DNA of 35,992 bases from contig JAZDIG010000429.1 of assembly GCA_043805105.1 (NCBI GenBank), forward strand, positions 1-35,992. Direction: 5' to 3'. This stretch comes from Candidatus Glassbacteria bacterium. Its GTDB lineage: Bacteria; Gemmatimonadota; Glassbacteria; GWA2-58-10. Each line of letters opens with the position of its first letter. Position 1 is the first letter of the stretch. Position numbers and translations under genes: made by a program. The notes below the pieces were generated by a model, which did not search any database, was not told where the DNA came from, and saw only the letters and a list, made by a program, of their open reading frames with translations. Positions 28,178-35,992 of this stretch are shown here, piece after piece.

Positions 28178-28872
28178 CAGCCGCCCTGCCTTTCGCCGAA
28201 CCTGGTCGTCCCCGATCTGGCGATGAGAGTTTCGCTGGCGACCAGGGCCAGGGCGCTGAGAGTCAGGGAGATGACGACCAGGCGCAACACCTCCGCCTCG
28301 TGCCCCGGAGTCTGATAGTGATGGAAGATTTCCAGCGGAATCGTCCGGTTCCCCGGCGTGCCGGCGCTGACCATCGCGGTGGCGCCGAACTCACCGAGCG
28401 CCCGGGCAAAACAGAGTACCGATCCGGCCACGATCCCAGGCCAGCAAAGAGGCAGGGTAACCGCGAAGAAAGTACGCAGGGGAGAACAACCGAGTGTGCG
28501 GGCGGTCGCCTCGAGCCGCGGATTGACGCTTTCCAGCGCCCCGCGCACCGTCCGAACCAGCAGTGGGAAACCCATCACCGCCGAGGCGATGGCCATGCCG
28601 GTCCAGGAAAATATCACCCGGATGCCCAGATCGGCCAAAAGACCGCCCAGCACGCTCTGCTGGGAAAATAGCTTGAGCAGAAGGAACCCGGTCACCACGG
28701 GCGGGATCACCAGGGGCAGGAAAACCGCGGTCTCCACCAACGCCTTGCCCGGGAACTTGCGCCGGCTCAACAGCCAGGCCAGGGCCACACCTGGAACGAT
28801 ACCCAGTACAACCGCGCAAACACCGATCAGCAGGCTGAGGAATATGGCACTGGCTTCTGGATTCTGGATCAT
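28177..28872 (-). CDS. modB: Molybdate ABC transporter permease
   Basis: LPLVIPPVVTGFLLL, ARTLG, FARALGEFGAT, TIPLEI; TGATG overlap with modC. Confidence 0.94.
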   Translation of the reverse strand: MIQNPEASAIFLSLLIGVCAVVLGIVPGVALAWLLSRRKFPGKALVETAVFLPLVIPPVVTGFLLLKLFSQQSVLGGLLADLGIRVIFSWTGMAIASAVMGFPLLVRTVRGALESVNPRLEATARTLGCSPLRTFFAVTLPLCWPGIVAGSVLCFARALGEFGATAMVSAGTPGNRTIPLEIFHHYQTPGHEAEVLRLVVISLTLSALALVASETLIARSGTTRFGERQGG

Positions 28873-28893
28873 GAGCGAAGTAACAGTTCCGGA

Positions 28894-29694
28894 TCAGGGG
28901 GCGGAGAAACCGTGCTCGGCGAGAATACGCCGGAATTCATCGCTGCCCAGAAATTTTATGAAAGCCGCCGCCTCGGCCTTATTCCCGCTCCGGCTCACGA
29001 CGCCCGCGTGGTAGGTGACAGGCGTGTGCGACTCTTCCGGGAATTCGAATGCGACCTTGACTTTCCGGCTGACTTTCGCGTCCGTGCTGTAGACTATGCC
29101 GGCCTGCACTTCACCCTGCTCCACGTACGCCGTGGCCGCGCGCACGTCCATGGCGAACACGATTTTTTCTTTGGCGAGCAAGGAATCCCAGAGGCCGTAA
29201 AAGGTCAGGGCTTCTTTGGCGTACTGGCCGGCCGGTACGTGACCCGGGTCGCCCACACTGATACGCTCCAGTCCGGGGAGTCCGGCGGCTGATCCGGGAA
29301 CTTTTTTATTCGTCGCTGAAACGATACAAACCAGCCGGTTACGGGCGAACATCAGCCGGTTGTCGTGGTCCAGCAGTTTCTTTTCATCGGCGTAGGCGAT
29401 CCACTTTTCATCGGCGGAAATGAACACGTCCGTGGGCGACCCGGCCTCGATCTTGCGCGCCAGGGAGCCCGAGGAGCCGAATTCGAATCCCACTTTCGTG
29501 CCGGTTTTCGCGGTGAAGGCCTTCCCTGCCGCTTCCATTGCCTCGGTGAGGCTGGCCGCCGCATAAACCACGATTTCTTTTTCCGCCCGCTGATTTTCAG
29601 CTCTCGACCTGCGGCCTGCGATCGCCAGGCCAATCAGGACGGCAATCATTATAGAATATGCCGCAGCCGGCAGCCATCTTTTCCCGCTTAACAT
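28894..29694 (-). CDS. modA: Molybdate ABC transporter substrate-binding protein
   Basis: VYAAASLTEA, FGSSGSLARKIEAG, DVFISAD, DPGHVPAGQYA, GIVYSTDA; SD GGAGG. Confidence 0.94.
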   Translation of the reverse strand: MLSGKRWLPAAAYSIMIAVLIGLAIAGRRSRAENQRAEKEIVVYAAASLTEAMEAAGKAFTAKTGTKVGFEFGSSGSLARKIEAGSPTDVFISADEKWIAYADEKKLLDHDNRLMFARNRLVCIVSATNKKVPGSAAGLPGLERISVGDPGHVPAGQYAKEALTFYGLWDSLLAKEKIVFAMDVRAATAYVEQGEVQAGIVYSTDAKVSRKVKVAFEFPEESHTPVTYHAGVVSRSGNKAEAAAFIKFLGSDEFRRILAEHGFSAP

Positions 29695-29845
29695 CCGGAA
29701 ACCTCCCTCGCTTATCCAGCGATTCGGATTGCCCCAATATTAATCGTTTCCCGTACGATGCGTCAATGACAAAGCGGCAGGGGCGCGGCGCGTTCACCCG
29801 GTACGATGAAGGCCGCGTCCCTGTGTGTGTTGCGGTCAGCAGAGA

Positions 29846-30535
29846 TCAGAAATAGCGCCCGACTCTTTGGAAATTTAACATGACGCTGGTGCCGATTACC
29901 GGGTCGTGGTCCCATTTGCCGGTAGCCGGCAGCTTGTCCGAACGGTACTGGAAGTAGGTGCTCAAATCGATGTTCTTGAAAAGCTGCCACTTGAAACCGG
30001 TGTTGAACCAGTTGGTGTTGTAGCGGTCACGGGGGCCGAGCGCCGAGACCTGCATCCAGAACTCGTTATAAACGTACCAGTTGCACTTGCGCCAACCGAT
30101 ATTGAAGCGGTGCGTGAGCCGCGGCCTGATCCGGATGTACTCCCGGCCCACGTTCCCGAGCTTGGCGTGTACGCGGGTGCGCAGGTCGAAGGAATTGGAA
30201 TCTTGAGTGTACAGCTTGAAGGTCGGGTCTATGAAGATGTTCTTTTCCACTTGCCACTTGCCGGGAGAACTCTCCTGCGGCTTGTAGCGGTAAAGCACCC
30301 GCAGGTCCAGCCACTTGCCGATCCTCACGCCCGGGCCGATTTCATAGCGCCACCAGTAGTAATCCTGAATGTCGTCCCTGACCCTCATCTGGTAATCCGT
30401 CATGATGTGCCAGATCGTATTGATATTGTACTGGAGCCCGTATTCTCCCCAGTGTTCGGTTTTGCCGGCGGGGAGCGACGAGGGCAGGATTGACAATGTA
30501 AGCGATACCAGCAATACAACTCCCATTCGCTGCAT
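29846..30535 (-). CDS. DUF2490-like outer-membrane beta-barrel protein
   Basis: SD AGGAGG before ATG 30535; signal peptide; Trp/Tyr/Arg-rich strands (YIRIRPRL, WYVYNEFW, NWFNTGF). Confidence 0.7.
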   Translation of the reverse strand: MQRMGVVLLVSLTLSILPSSLPAGKTEHWGEYGLQYNINTIWHIMTDYQMRVRDDIQDYYWWRYEIGPGVRIGKWLDLRVLYRYKPQESSPGKWQVEKNIFIDPTFKLYTQDSNSFDLRTRVHAKLGNVGREYIRIRPRLTHRFNIGWRKCNWYVYNEFWMQVSALGPRDRYNTNWFNTGFKWQLFKNIDLSTYFQYRSDKLPATGKWDHDPVIGTSVMLNFQRVGRYF

Positions 30536-30612
30536 TCTTCCTCCTGGAATTAATGTGGGGGTTATAGGCATAAATTTCCGGAAATAGTGCCTTCTTACAG
30601 GCAGAAACTATC

Positions 30613-30628
30613 AGCAACCAACGTGCCA
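30613..30628 (-). promoter_or_regulatory. sigma54 (-24/-12) promoter
   Basis: Minus strand TGGCACG-TTGG-TTGCT, full consensus; AT-rich tract just upstream. Confidence 0.85.
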
Positions 30629-30717
30629 GCCAGTAGGTCGATTCTGTAAGTTATTATATTTGATTAAGTTGCTAAGTAAGACTGGAGGGTGTTTCTTCGG
30701 TGAAGATTGGCGGCATG

Positions 30718-30735
30718 TGAGACAGAAATGTCCCA
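30718..30735. promoter_or_regulatory. Putative enhancer (UAS) dyad
   Basis: TGAGACA-GAAA-TGTCCCA, about 90-110 bp upstream of the -24 element. Confidence 0.5.
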
Positions 30736-30796
30736 ACCCAGATTGCAGTAATTGTTTTAAAGCTTTGAATCCCTTGGTCTAAGGTACACACTGTCA

Positions 30797-33700
30797 TTAA
30801 TTTCTCAAGATGTCCTGCGTCAGCCCATAATCCTTCATTTTACGAAATAGCGTGCGGCGCGTAATACCCATAATAGAAGCTGCCTTGCTCTTGTGCCACT
30901 GAGTCAAATTCAATGCTTCCAGAATGACCTGCTTTTCGAAGTTTTCGGTTCCTTTCTTAAGGTTGAGTGTACCGGGTCTGTATGTCCGGTGAATTGAACT
31001 TTTGATATTATTCTCGATCATTTCCTCCATCAGATCGAACTGGCCGACAGTAAGATACCTGAGAATCACATTCTGCAGTTGACGAACGTTACCCGGCCAG
31101 TCGTAATTATAGAGCTTTTCAAGAATTTCCTCCGGGATATCCGAAATTGATTTGCCGCTATGTTTCGAAACGAAATACTTTACCAGCAGGAGAATATCCT
31201 CTCTTCTCTCCCTCAGCGGAGGTAAATTAATTGGCACAATATGCATCCTGTAGAAGAAATCCGATCGCATCTGTCCATTCTTCACCCCGGTAGAAAGATC
31301 TCTGTTGGTAGCGCCGATAATTCGGACATCGTTCTTACGCAGGTCGCCGCCGCCGACAGGAGAATATCCTTCGCCTTCTACCGCTCTGAGCAGTTTGACC
31401 TGCATGCTCGAATCGAGCTCACCGACTTCGTCCAGTAACAGCGTACCACCGTCGGCAATGTCGAAAAAGCCTCTTTTATCCTCATAAGCCCCTGTGAATG
31501 CTCCTTTGCGGTAACCGAAAAATTCGCTTTCGAACAATGACGATGGGATTGCTCCACAATTTACGACAACAAACGGCTTGTTAGCTCTTTGGCTCATATT
31601 GTGGATGGTTTTGGCGACAAGCTCCTTGCCGGTACCGGTTTCACCGTAAACAATTACATTCGCGTCGCTTTTTGAAGCTTTTTCGATAAGTGTATAAACT
31701 GCTTGCATAGGAGCGCTTTTCCCTACAATTTCGCCGAAAACAGAGGATGGATGTTTATCTGCACCGGGCATCCGTTGTTCTGACTCATCCTCGACCGGTT
31801 CGCCAGCGGCGAGCTCTTTTATTATTTGTCGCGAAATATCCTGCACCGTAATCAGGTCTGCTTTGTCTCCCTGCCATTCAATTTTGCTAATATGGACTTC
31901 TGACCAGATCTCTTTATCCGTATCTCCCTGAAAGACCACCTTGATACTGCTTTTGACATCATTGGGTTGAGCCGGCGACATCAGCTTAGCAAAGTCTGCC
32001 CGGAAATCATCACGAACCAGTACCATAAAGTCTTTTTGCAGTAGATTTTCCCTGTAGTGCCCAAGCATGGAAGCGAATTGTTTATTCACAAAAACGAGTT
32101 TATCCAGTTGAATAACAGCGATCCCCGCGGCAACGTTTTCTGCAAGCACCCTGCTGAACTCTTCGGTTGCCGCCTGCTTTTCCTTGCCGAGTTTCAATTC
32201 GGTTAGATCCTTACAGATTGCCATTACGTATTCGATCTGAGCTTTTGCTCCAAATTGGGGTATAAAGCTTGCTTCGAAGTTCCGTTCCCCCAGCTTACGG
32301 GATACGTATTTTATCTCCGCGGTTTTACTTTTTCCTGTTGCAAACACTTCTTTGACGCTCTTGGCCATCTCGGGTGGCAGTACTTCCTGGAGAACCGCCT
32401 GATTTGTCTTGCCGATAAAATCGTCCCTGGATAATCCTGTAAGTTTTTCTATGATAGAATTGACGTAAACGCAGCTCAGTTGCCTGTCGAAGCGGACGAT
32501 AAGATCCGTGGCGTTTTCCGCCAATGACTCAAACGCCCGTTCCTCCCTGGTCCTTAGCTCATTCGATTTATCCTTTTCATTTTGATGCAGCCTGAGTTCC
32601 TTCATCATTTTTTCAAGCTCGCTGTTTTTCTTGTCCACTTCCTCGGTAATTCTTGATTTGTACCTCTTCCTGATTGCGACAAACACGAGCCCAACCAGCA
32701 AAATCAGAGATGATGCTTTAAATCCAGTCGTTTCCCACAATGGAGGTGTCAAGGTAAAATGATATTCTGCAGGCACTTCGCTCCAAATGCCGGCATTGTT
32801 TCTTGCTTTAACTCTAAAAGTGTATTCGCCGCTCGGTAAATGTGTATATCTCATGCTGCGTTGATTGGTTTCCTCCCAAGCCGTGTCCCAGCCATCCAAT
32901 TTGTAACTGTAAACCAACTTCTCCGGCGCGGTAAAACACAAGCTTACGAAATCGAATCTGATATTATTCCGATCATGGCTTAGCACGGCAGTCTGATTGA
33001 CCGCGAGATTCGTATCCCCTACGGTAACACTTGTTATGTACACGGGAGGCGGTGTAATATTCTCCCGATCCAATTCCGGATCGAACCTGGTTAAACCCGA
33101 TGTCGTTCCGAACCACAATTTGTTACGGCTGTCCTTAAGACACGCTCCCATGGTCATTTCGTTTGAGGAAAGACCTTCTTGAACCGAGTAAACCCTGTAC
33201 GATTGTCCGTCGTATCTGTTAATCCCTTTGCTCGTACCGATAAAAAGGAAGTCTTTATACCCGATTATGAAATAACAGAATTTGCTGGAAAGCCCGTCTT
33301 CCACAGTCAGGTTTTGAAAGCTTGCGCCGTCGAACTTACTAATTCCTTCGGAGGTGGCAAACCACAGGTGCCTCCCGCTATCCTCAAACATGTGGTATAC
33401 CTGGTTGCCCACCAGCTCATTTTCCTTGTTAAACGCATCCCATTTTGTGCCATCGAAACGGGAAACGCCATTCTCGGTGGCAAACCATAGAATGCCATTG
33501 GTAGTCTGGATAATATCGTTAACGACGCTGCCCGCCAATCCGTCTTCCACCGCATAGGTAGTCCAGCTTGTTCCGTCGTACTTCAATGCCCCGCGCTTAG
33601 AGGCGAACCACAGGTTTCCCTGGTTGTCCTCTATGATCTTATTAATCCGATCCTCTTCAAAGTCCATATTTTGGTCCACCACAACGAACCACCGCTTACC

Positions 33701-34903
33701 GTCAAACCTGCAGATACCCCCACGCTCGGTTCCGAACCAGAAATCGCCGTTACTCTGTTCCAGTATACTGGTAACGCAATTGCTGATCAGGCCATCTTCC
33801 GTGGAATACGTGCTCCATTCCCGACCGTCGAAAATACTGACTCCACCCATACAGGTTCCTACCCACAGCCTTTGCTGGCTGTCCTCGATCAGAGAGGTTA
33901 TCATATTCCCCGACAGTCCGAGGTCATATTTGTCCTCATAGACTCTATAATGGCAAAATGCTTCACCTGTTAACTGGCTTACTCCGCCGCGTTCGGTGCC
34001 AAACCACATGTTCCTTTCACGATCTTCGAAAATCGCCGTTATCCTGTTGTGAACCAGACCATTAGCCGCAGTAAAAGTTTTCCATCCCGCGCCATCGAAT
34101 TTAACCACTCCACCGCCACGCATTCCGAACCAGAGATTGCCTTTACTGTCTTCATAGACCTTTTTGACATCTCTATGTGACAAGTTGCCCTCAGCTTCAA
34201 CAATTTGCCAGTTCTCTCCGTCAAACTTGCCAACTCCGTTCACGGTCCCGATCCATAGATACCCTTTTCTGTCTTCGACAATCGAGTTGACACCATTGTC
34301 TGGCAATCCATCTTCAATCCGGTAAATGGTCCACTTATCACCCGCGAATTTGCTCAATCCCCGTTTAGTGGCAAACCACATGTTGCCATTTTTGTCTTCG
34401 ACAATCGCGTTCACATAATTGTCCACCAGCCCATCGCCTACCGTATAATGCTTCAACTGACCATCTTGCAGGCTCCCTATGCCGTTATCGGTTCCGAACC
34501 AGATATTCCCCTTCGAGTCTTCCAGCACTGCGAACACCTTGCAATTGGTGCAAGCCTGGTCGAAAATATATTTCGACCAGTTTTTTCCATCGTATTTGCT
34601 GATTCCTCTATAAGTTCCAAACCAAAACGAGCCTTCAGAATCCTGAAGGATGCAAAAGACACAATCATCGGCCAGCCCGTTGCTGGAGTTATAAACTTCA
34701 AAATCAAGACCGTCGAATCTTGATACGCCACCTCCAGTGGCAAACCAAAGATATCCCTTATCGTCCTGGAAAATCGCATTTACGGTGGATTGTGATAGAC
34801 CTTTACTGGGAGTGTAGTTACGGAATGGATATAACTGGGGAAATGCATTCGCGGCAAACGCCAGTACCATAAAATAGGTTATAACTATGTACCTGTTAAT
34901 CAT
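30797..34903 (-). CDS. Hybrid transmembrane sigma54-dependent activator: beta-propeller sensor, YYY, TM, two PAS, AAA+, Fis-type HTH
   Basis: Many GLxxNxVxxIxEDxxGNLWFGT repeats; YSYKLDGWD...YTHLPSGEYTFRVKA; PPLWET plus TM; GETGTGKELVA, ESEFFGYRKGAFTGA, LLDEVGE, WPGNVRQL, KAASIMGITRRTLFRKM. No kinase or receiver domain. Confidence 0.9.
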   Translation of the reverse strand: MINRYIVITYFMVLAFAANAFPQLYPFRNYTPSKGLSQSTVNAIFQDDKGYLWFATGGGVSRFDGLDFEVYNSSNGLADDCVFCILQDSEGSFWFGTYRGISKYDGKNWSKYIFDQACTNCKVFAVLEDSKGNIWFGTDNGIGSLQDGQLKHYTVGDGLVDNYVNAIVEDKNGNMWFATKRGLSKFAGDKWTIYRIEDGLPDNGVNSIVEDRKGYLWIGTVNGVGKFDGENWQIVEAEGNLSHRDVKKVYEDSKGNLWFGMRGGGVVKFDGAGWKTFTAANGLVHNRITAIFEDRERNMWFGTERGGVSQLTGEAFCHYRVYEDKYDLGLSGNMITSLIEDSQQRLWVGTCMGGVSIFDGREWSTYSTEDGLISNCVTSILEQSNGDFWFGTERGGICRFDGKRWFVVVDQNMDFEEDRINKIIEDNQGNLWFASKRGALKYDGTSWTTYAVEDGLAGSVVNDIIQTTNGILWFATENGVSRFDGTKWDAFNKENELVGNQVYHMFEDSGRHLWFATSEGISKFDGASFQNLTVEDGLSSKFCYFIIGYKDFLFIGTSKGINRYDGQSYRVYSVQEGLSSNEMTMGACLKDSRNKLWFGTTSGLTRFDPELDRENITPPPVYITSVTVGDTNLAVNQTAVLSHDRNNIRFDFVSLCFTAPEKLVYSYKLDGWDTAWEETNQRSMRYTHLPSGEYTFRVKARNNAGIWSEVPAEYHFTLTPPLWETTGFKASSLILLVGLVFVAIRKRYKSRITEEVDKKNSELEKMMKELRLHQNEKDKSNELRTREERAFESLAENATDLIVRFDRQLSCVYVNSIIEKLTGLSRDDFIGKTNQAVLQEVLPPEMAKSVKEVFATGKSKTAEIKYVSRKLGERNFEASFIPQFGAKAQIEYVMAICKDLTELKLGKEKQAATEEFSRVLAENVAAGIAVIQLDKLVFVNKQFASMLGHYRENLLQKDFMVLVRDDFRADFAKLMSPAQPNDVKSSIKVVFQGDTDKEIWSEVHISKIEWQGDKADLITVQDISRQIIKELAAGEPVEDESEQRMPGADKHPSSVFGEIVGKSAPMQAVYTLIEKASKSDANVIVYGETGTGKELVAKTIHNMSQRANKPFVVVNCGAIPSSLFESEFFGYRKGAFTGAYEDKRGFFDIADGGTLLLDEVGELDSSMQVKLLRAVEGEGYSPVGGGDLRKNDVRIIGATNRDLSTGVKNGQMRSDFFYRMHIVPINLPPLRERREDILLLVKYFVSKHSGKSISDIPEEILEKLYNYDWPGNVRQLQNVILRYLTVGQFDLMEEMIENNIKSSIHRTYRPGTLNLKKGTENFEKQVILEALNLTQWHKSKAASIMGITRRTLFRKMKDYGLTQDILRN

Positions 34904-35033
34904 TTAGAAATGCACTTTACAAAATTTAGTGGCCCCAAAAAGGGAAATATCCGCACAACCTGCGCTATTCTCAGATGTTACGATAGGAGCTATTGGATTG
35001 TTTACAATCCTTATCTGTCGAACATCTAATATA

Positions 35034-35097
35034 TAAGGGGCCGACCCATGTGTCTACCCACCGCTGGCGGATCCGGGCGGCACCGGGTGCGCCCCTT
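35034..35097. repeat. Degenerate REP doublet
   Basis: TAAGGGGCCGACCCATGTGTCTACCC...CGGGCGGCACCGGGTGCGCCCCTT, similar to 12543-12622. Confidence 0.6.
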
Positions 35098-35242
35098 GAA
35101 ACTATACTATTTGGGCAATGCTCGAATTACGAACACAAACTTGAGGCCCTGAAAGTAAAATACGGCGTCTCGCTTGCTGGGTTCATAAAAACGTCACCGT
35201 AATCGAGAATTAAAGCACTTAGTTCATTCGGAAAGCTCTCTC

Positions 35243-35277
35243 AAAAAAAAGCGGGGGATTCAGTGAATCCCCCGCTT
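35243..35277 (-). terminator. Intrinsic terminator after the Mo-storage-like gene
   Basis: AAGCGGGGGATTC-AGT-GAATCCCCCGCTT with T8 on the minus strand. Confidence 0.9.
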
Positions 35278-35317
35278 CATTCGAATTGGTATCTTGTCAA
35301 TCTCTGCAGATTGCGGC

Positions 35318-35992
35318 TCAGTCCTTGTAGATCCGGGTGCCCACGTGCCTGCCGTTGAGCGCCTTGGTGATGTTGCCCTTCACCAGGCCGTTTATTATCT
35401 CGATAAATTTGACGATCTTGGCCCGCTGAAGGTATTGCAGCACCACCCGCTCCACCACCAGGTCGGCGAGGTCCATCTCGAGGAGCTTACTGACCGTGAT
35501 TTCCGGGATGAATTCCGCGTCCGGGTCTTTCTTGGGATCGGCAGTGTAGAGGCCGTTTTCATCCTTGATATAAAGGACGGAATCCGCTCCCAGGAACTCG
35601 CCGGTGAGGAAGGTGCCGCTGTCGGTGCGGTTATCCGGGATAGAGCCTTTGACCGGTATCTCTTCCCAATAGGAGTAGGGCGGCATACCGATCATGATCG
35701 GGATGCAGCCCAGCTTGAAAAACAACGGCAGCATCTCGAACTGTTCCGCGTTGATATAGATGCCGCCGTGCTTGGCCAGGAGCATCTGGAGCATGCGGGC
35801 GTTCTGCAGGGCGATCGGGCCGCCCACCGCGGCCAGGAAGCCCGGGGGCAACTCCAGGTCCAGGGCGACCTGGTAGGCGTGCCGGGCGCGGGTGCCTCCC
35901 CCGCTGAAAAGCATGATCTTCTTTCCCCGGCGGCGGTTCGCGACTATCTCGTCCAGGATCGGGTAAAGCGCCGCCCGGCCGCGGTCAGTGAT
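35318..35992 (-). CDS. Molybdenum storage protein subunit (MosA/MosB-like, amino-acid-kinase fold); 5' end outside the window
   Basis: Frame open to the edge: ITDRGRAALYPILDEIVA...GGGTRARHAY..ALDLELP, LLAKHG, GMPPY..W, RTDSGTFL, KDENGLYTADPKK, NGLVKGNITKALNGRHVGT, matching recalled Azotobacter MoSto motifs. Confidence 0.8.
   Translation of the reverse strand: MTDRGRAALYPILDEIVANRRRGKKIMLFSGGGTRARHAYQVALDLELPPGFLAAVGGPIALQNARMLQMLLAKHGGIYINAEQFEMLPLFFKLGCIPIMIGMPPYSYWEEIPVKGSIPDNRTDSGTFLTGEFLGADSVLYIKDENGLYTADPKKDPDAEFIPEITVSKLLEMDLADLVVERVVLQYLQRAKIVKFIEIINGLVKGNITKALNGRHVGTRIYKD

Noticed and set aside
29695-29845. Moco/Wco riboswitch or ModE box upstream of modA
   Set aside because: No consensus match; only a short ATCGT...ACGAT dyad.
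32900-34850. Periodic AACCA(C/G)A motifs as a CRISPR or DNA repeat array
   Set aside because: They encode the LWFGT repeats of the beta-propeller; no CRISPR array or cas gene is present in the window.
34993-35202. 69-aa plus-strand ORF
   Set aside because: Runs through a degenerate REP element and has no recognisable motif.

Overview
A compositionally mosaic bacterial window with almost all genes on the minus strand. (1) 1-5180, AT-richer: response regulator with an excisionase-type HTH, TonB-dependent receptor, ABC-type substrate-binding protein and the 5' part of a membrane sensor, plus a small AbrB-like gene with an internal stop. (2) ~5200-9620: a Patescibacteria(CPR)-like block with a coiled-coil protein, a giant Cys-paired Ig/PKD-repeat surface protein and a beta-barrel-like protein with a Fur-box-containing promoter. 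(3) 9700-11410: lipoprotein, a truncated outer-membrane gene and an IS1595-family element. (4) 11477-30600, GC-rich core: chorismate mutase-aroF-leuA-leuC-leuD-leuB-aroF, preceded by a classical attenuator whose unannotated leader peptide (MSYLYLYLLFPN) alternates Tyr and Leu; DUF151 and ahcY; small hypotheticals around a candidate sigma28-driven sRNA; tRNA-His; MOSC, moaA, an integrase remnant, modABC and a DUF2490 outer-membrane protein with a consensus sigma54 promoter. (5) 30797-35992: a 1368-aa beta-propeller/YYY/TM/PAS/sigma54-activator fusion and a partial molybdenum storage protein (MosA/B-like). The best candidates for undescribed biology are the dual aromatic/leucine attenuator, the sigma28 sRNA and the one-component transmembrane sigma54 system inside the molybdenum cluster. 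All calls come from reading the sequence; no database searches were run.
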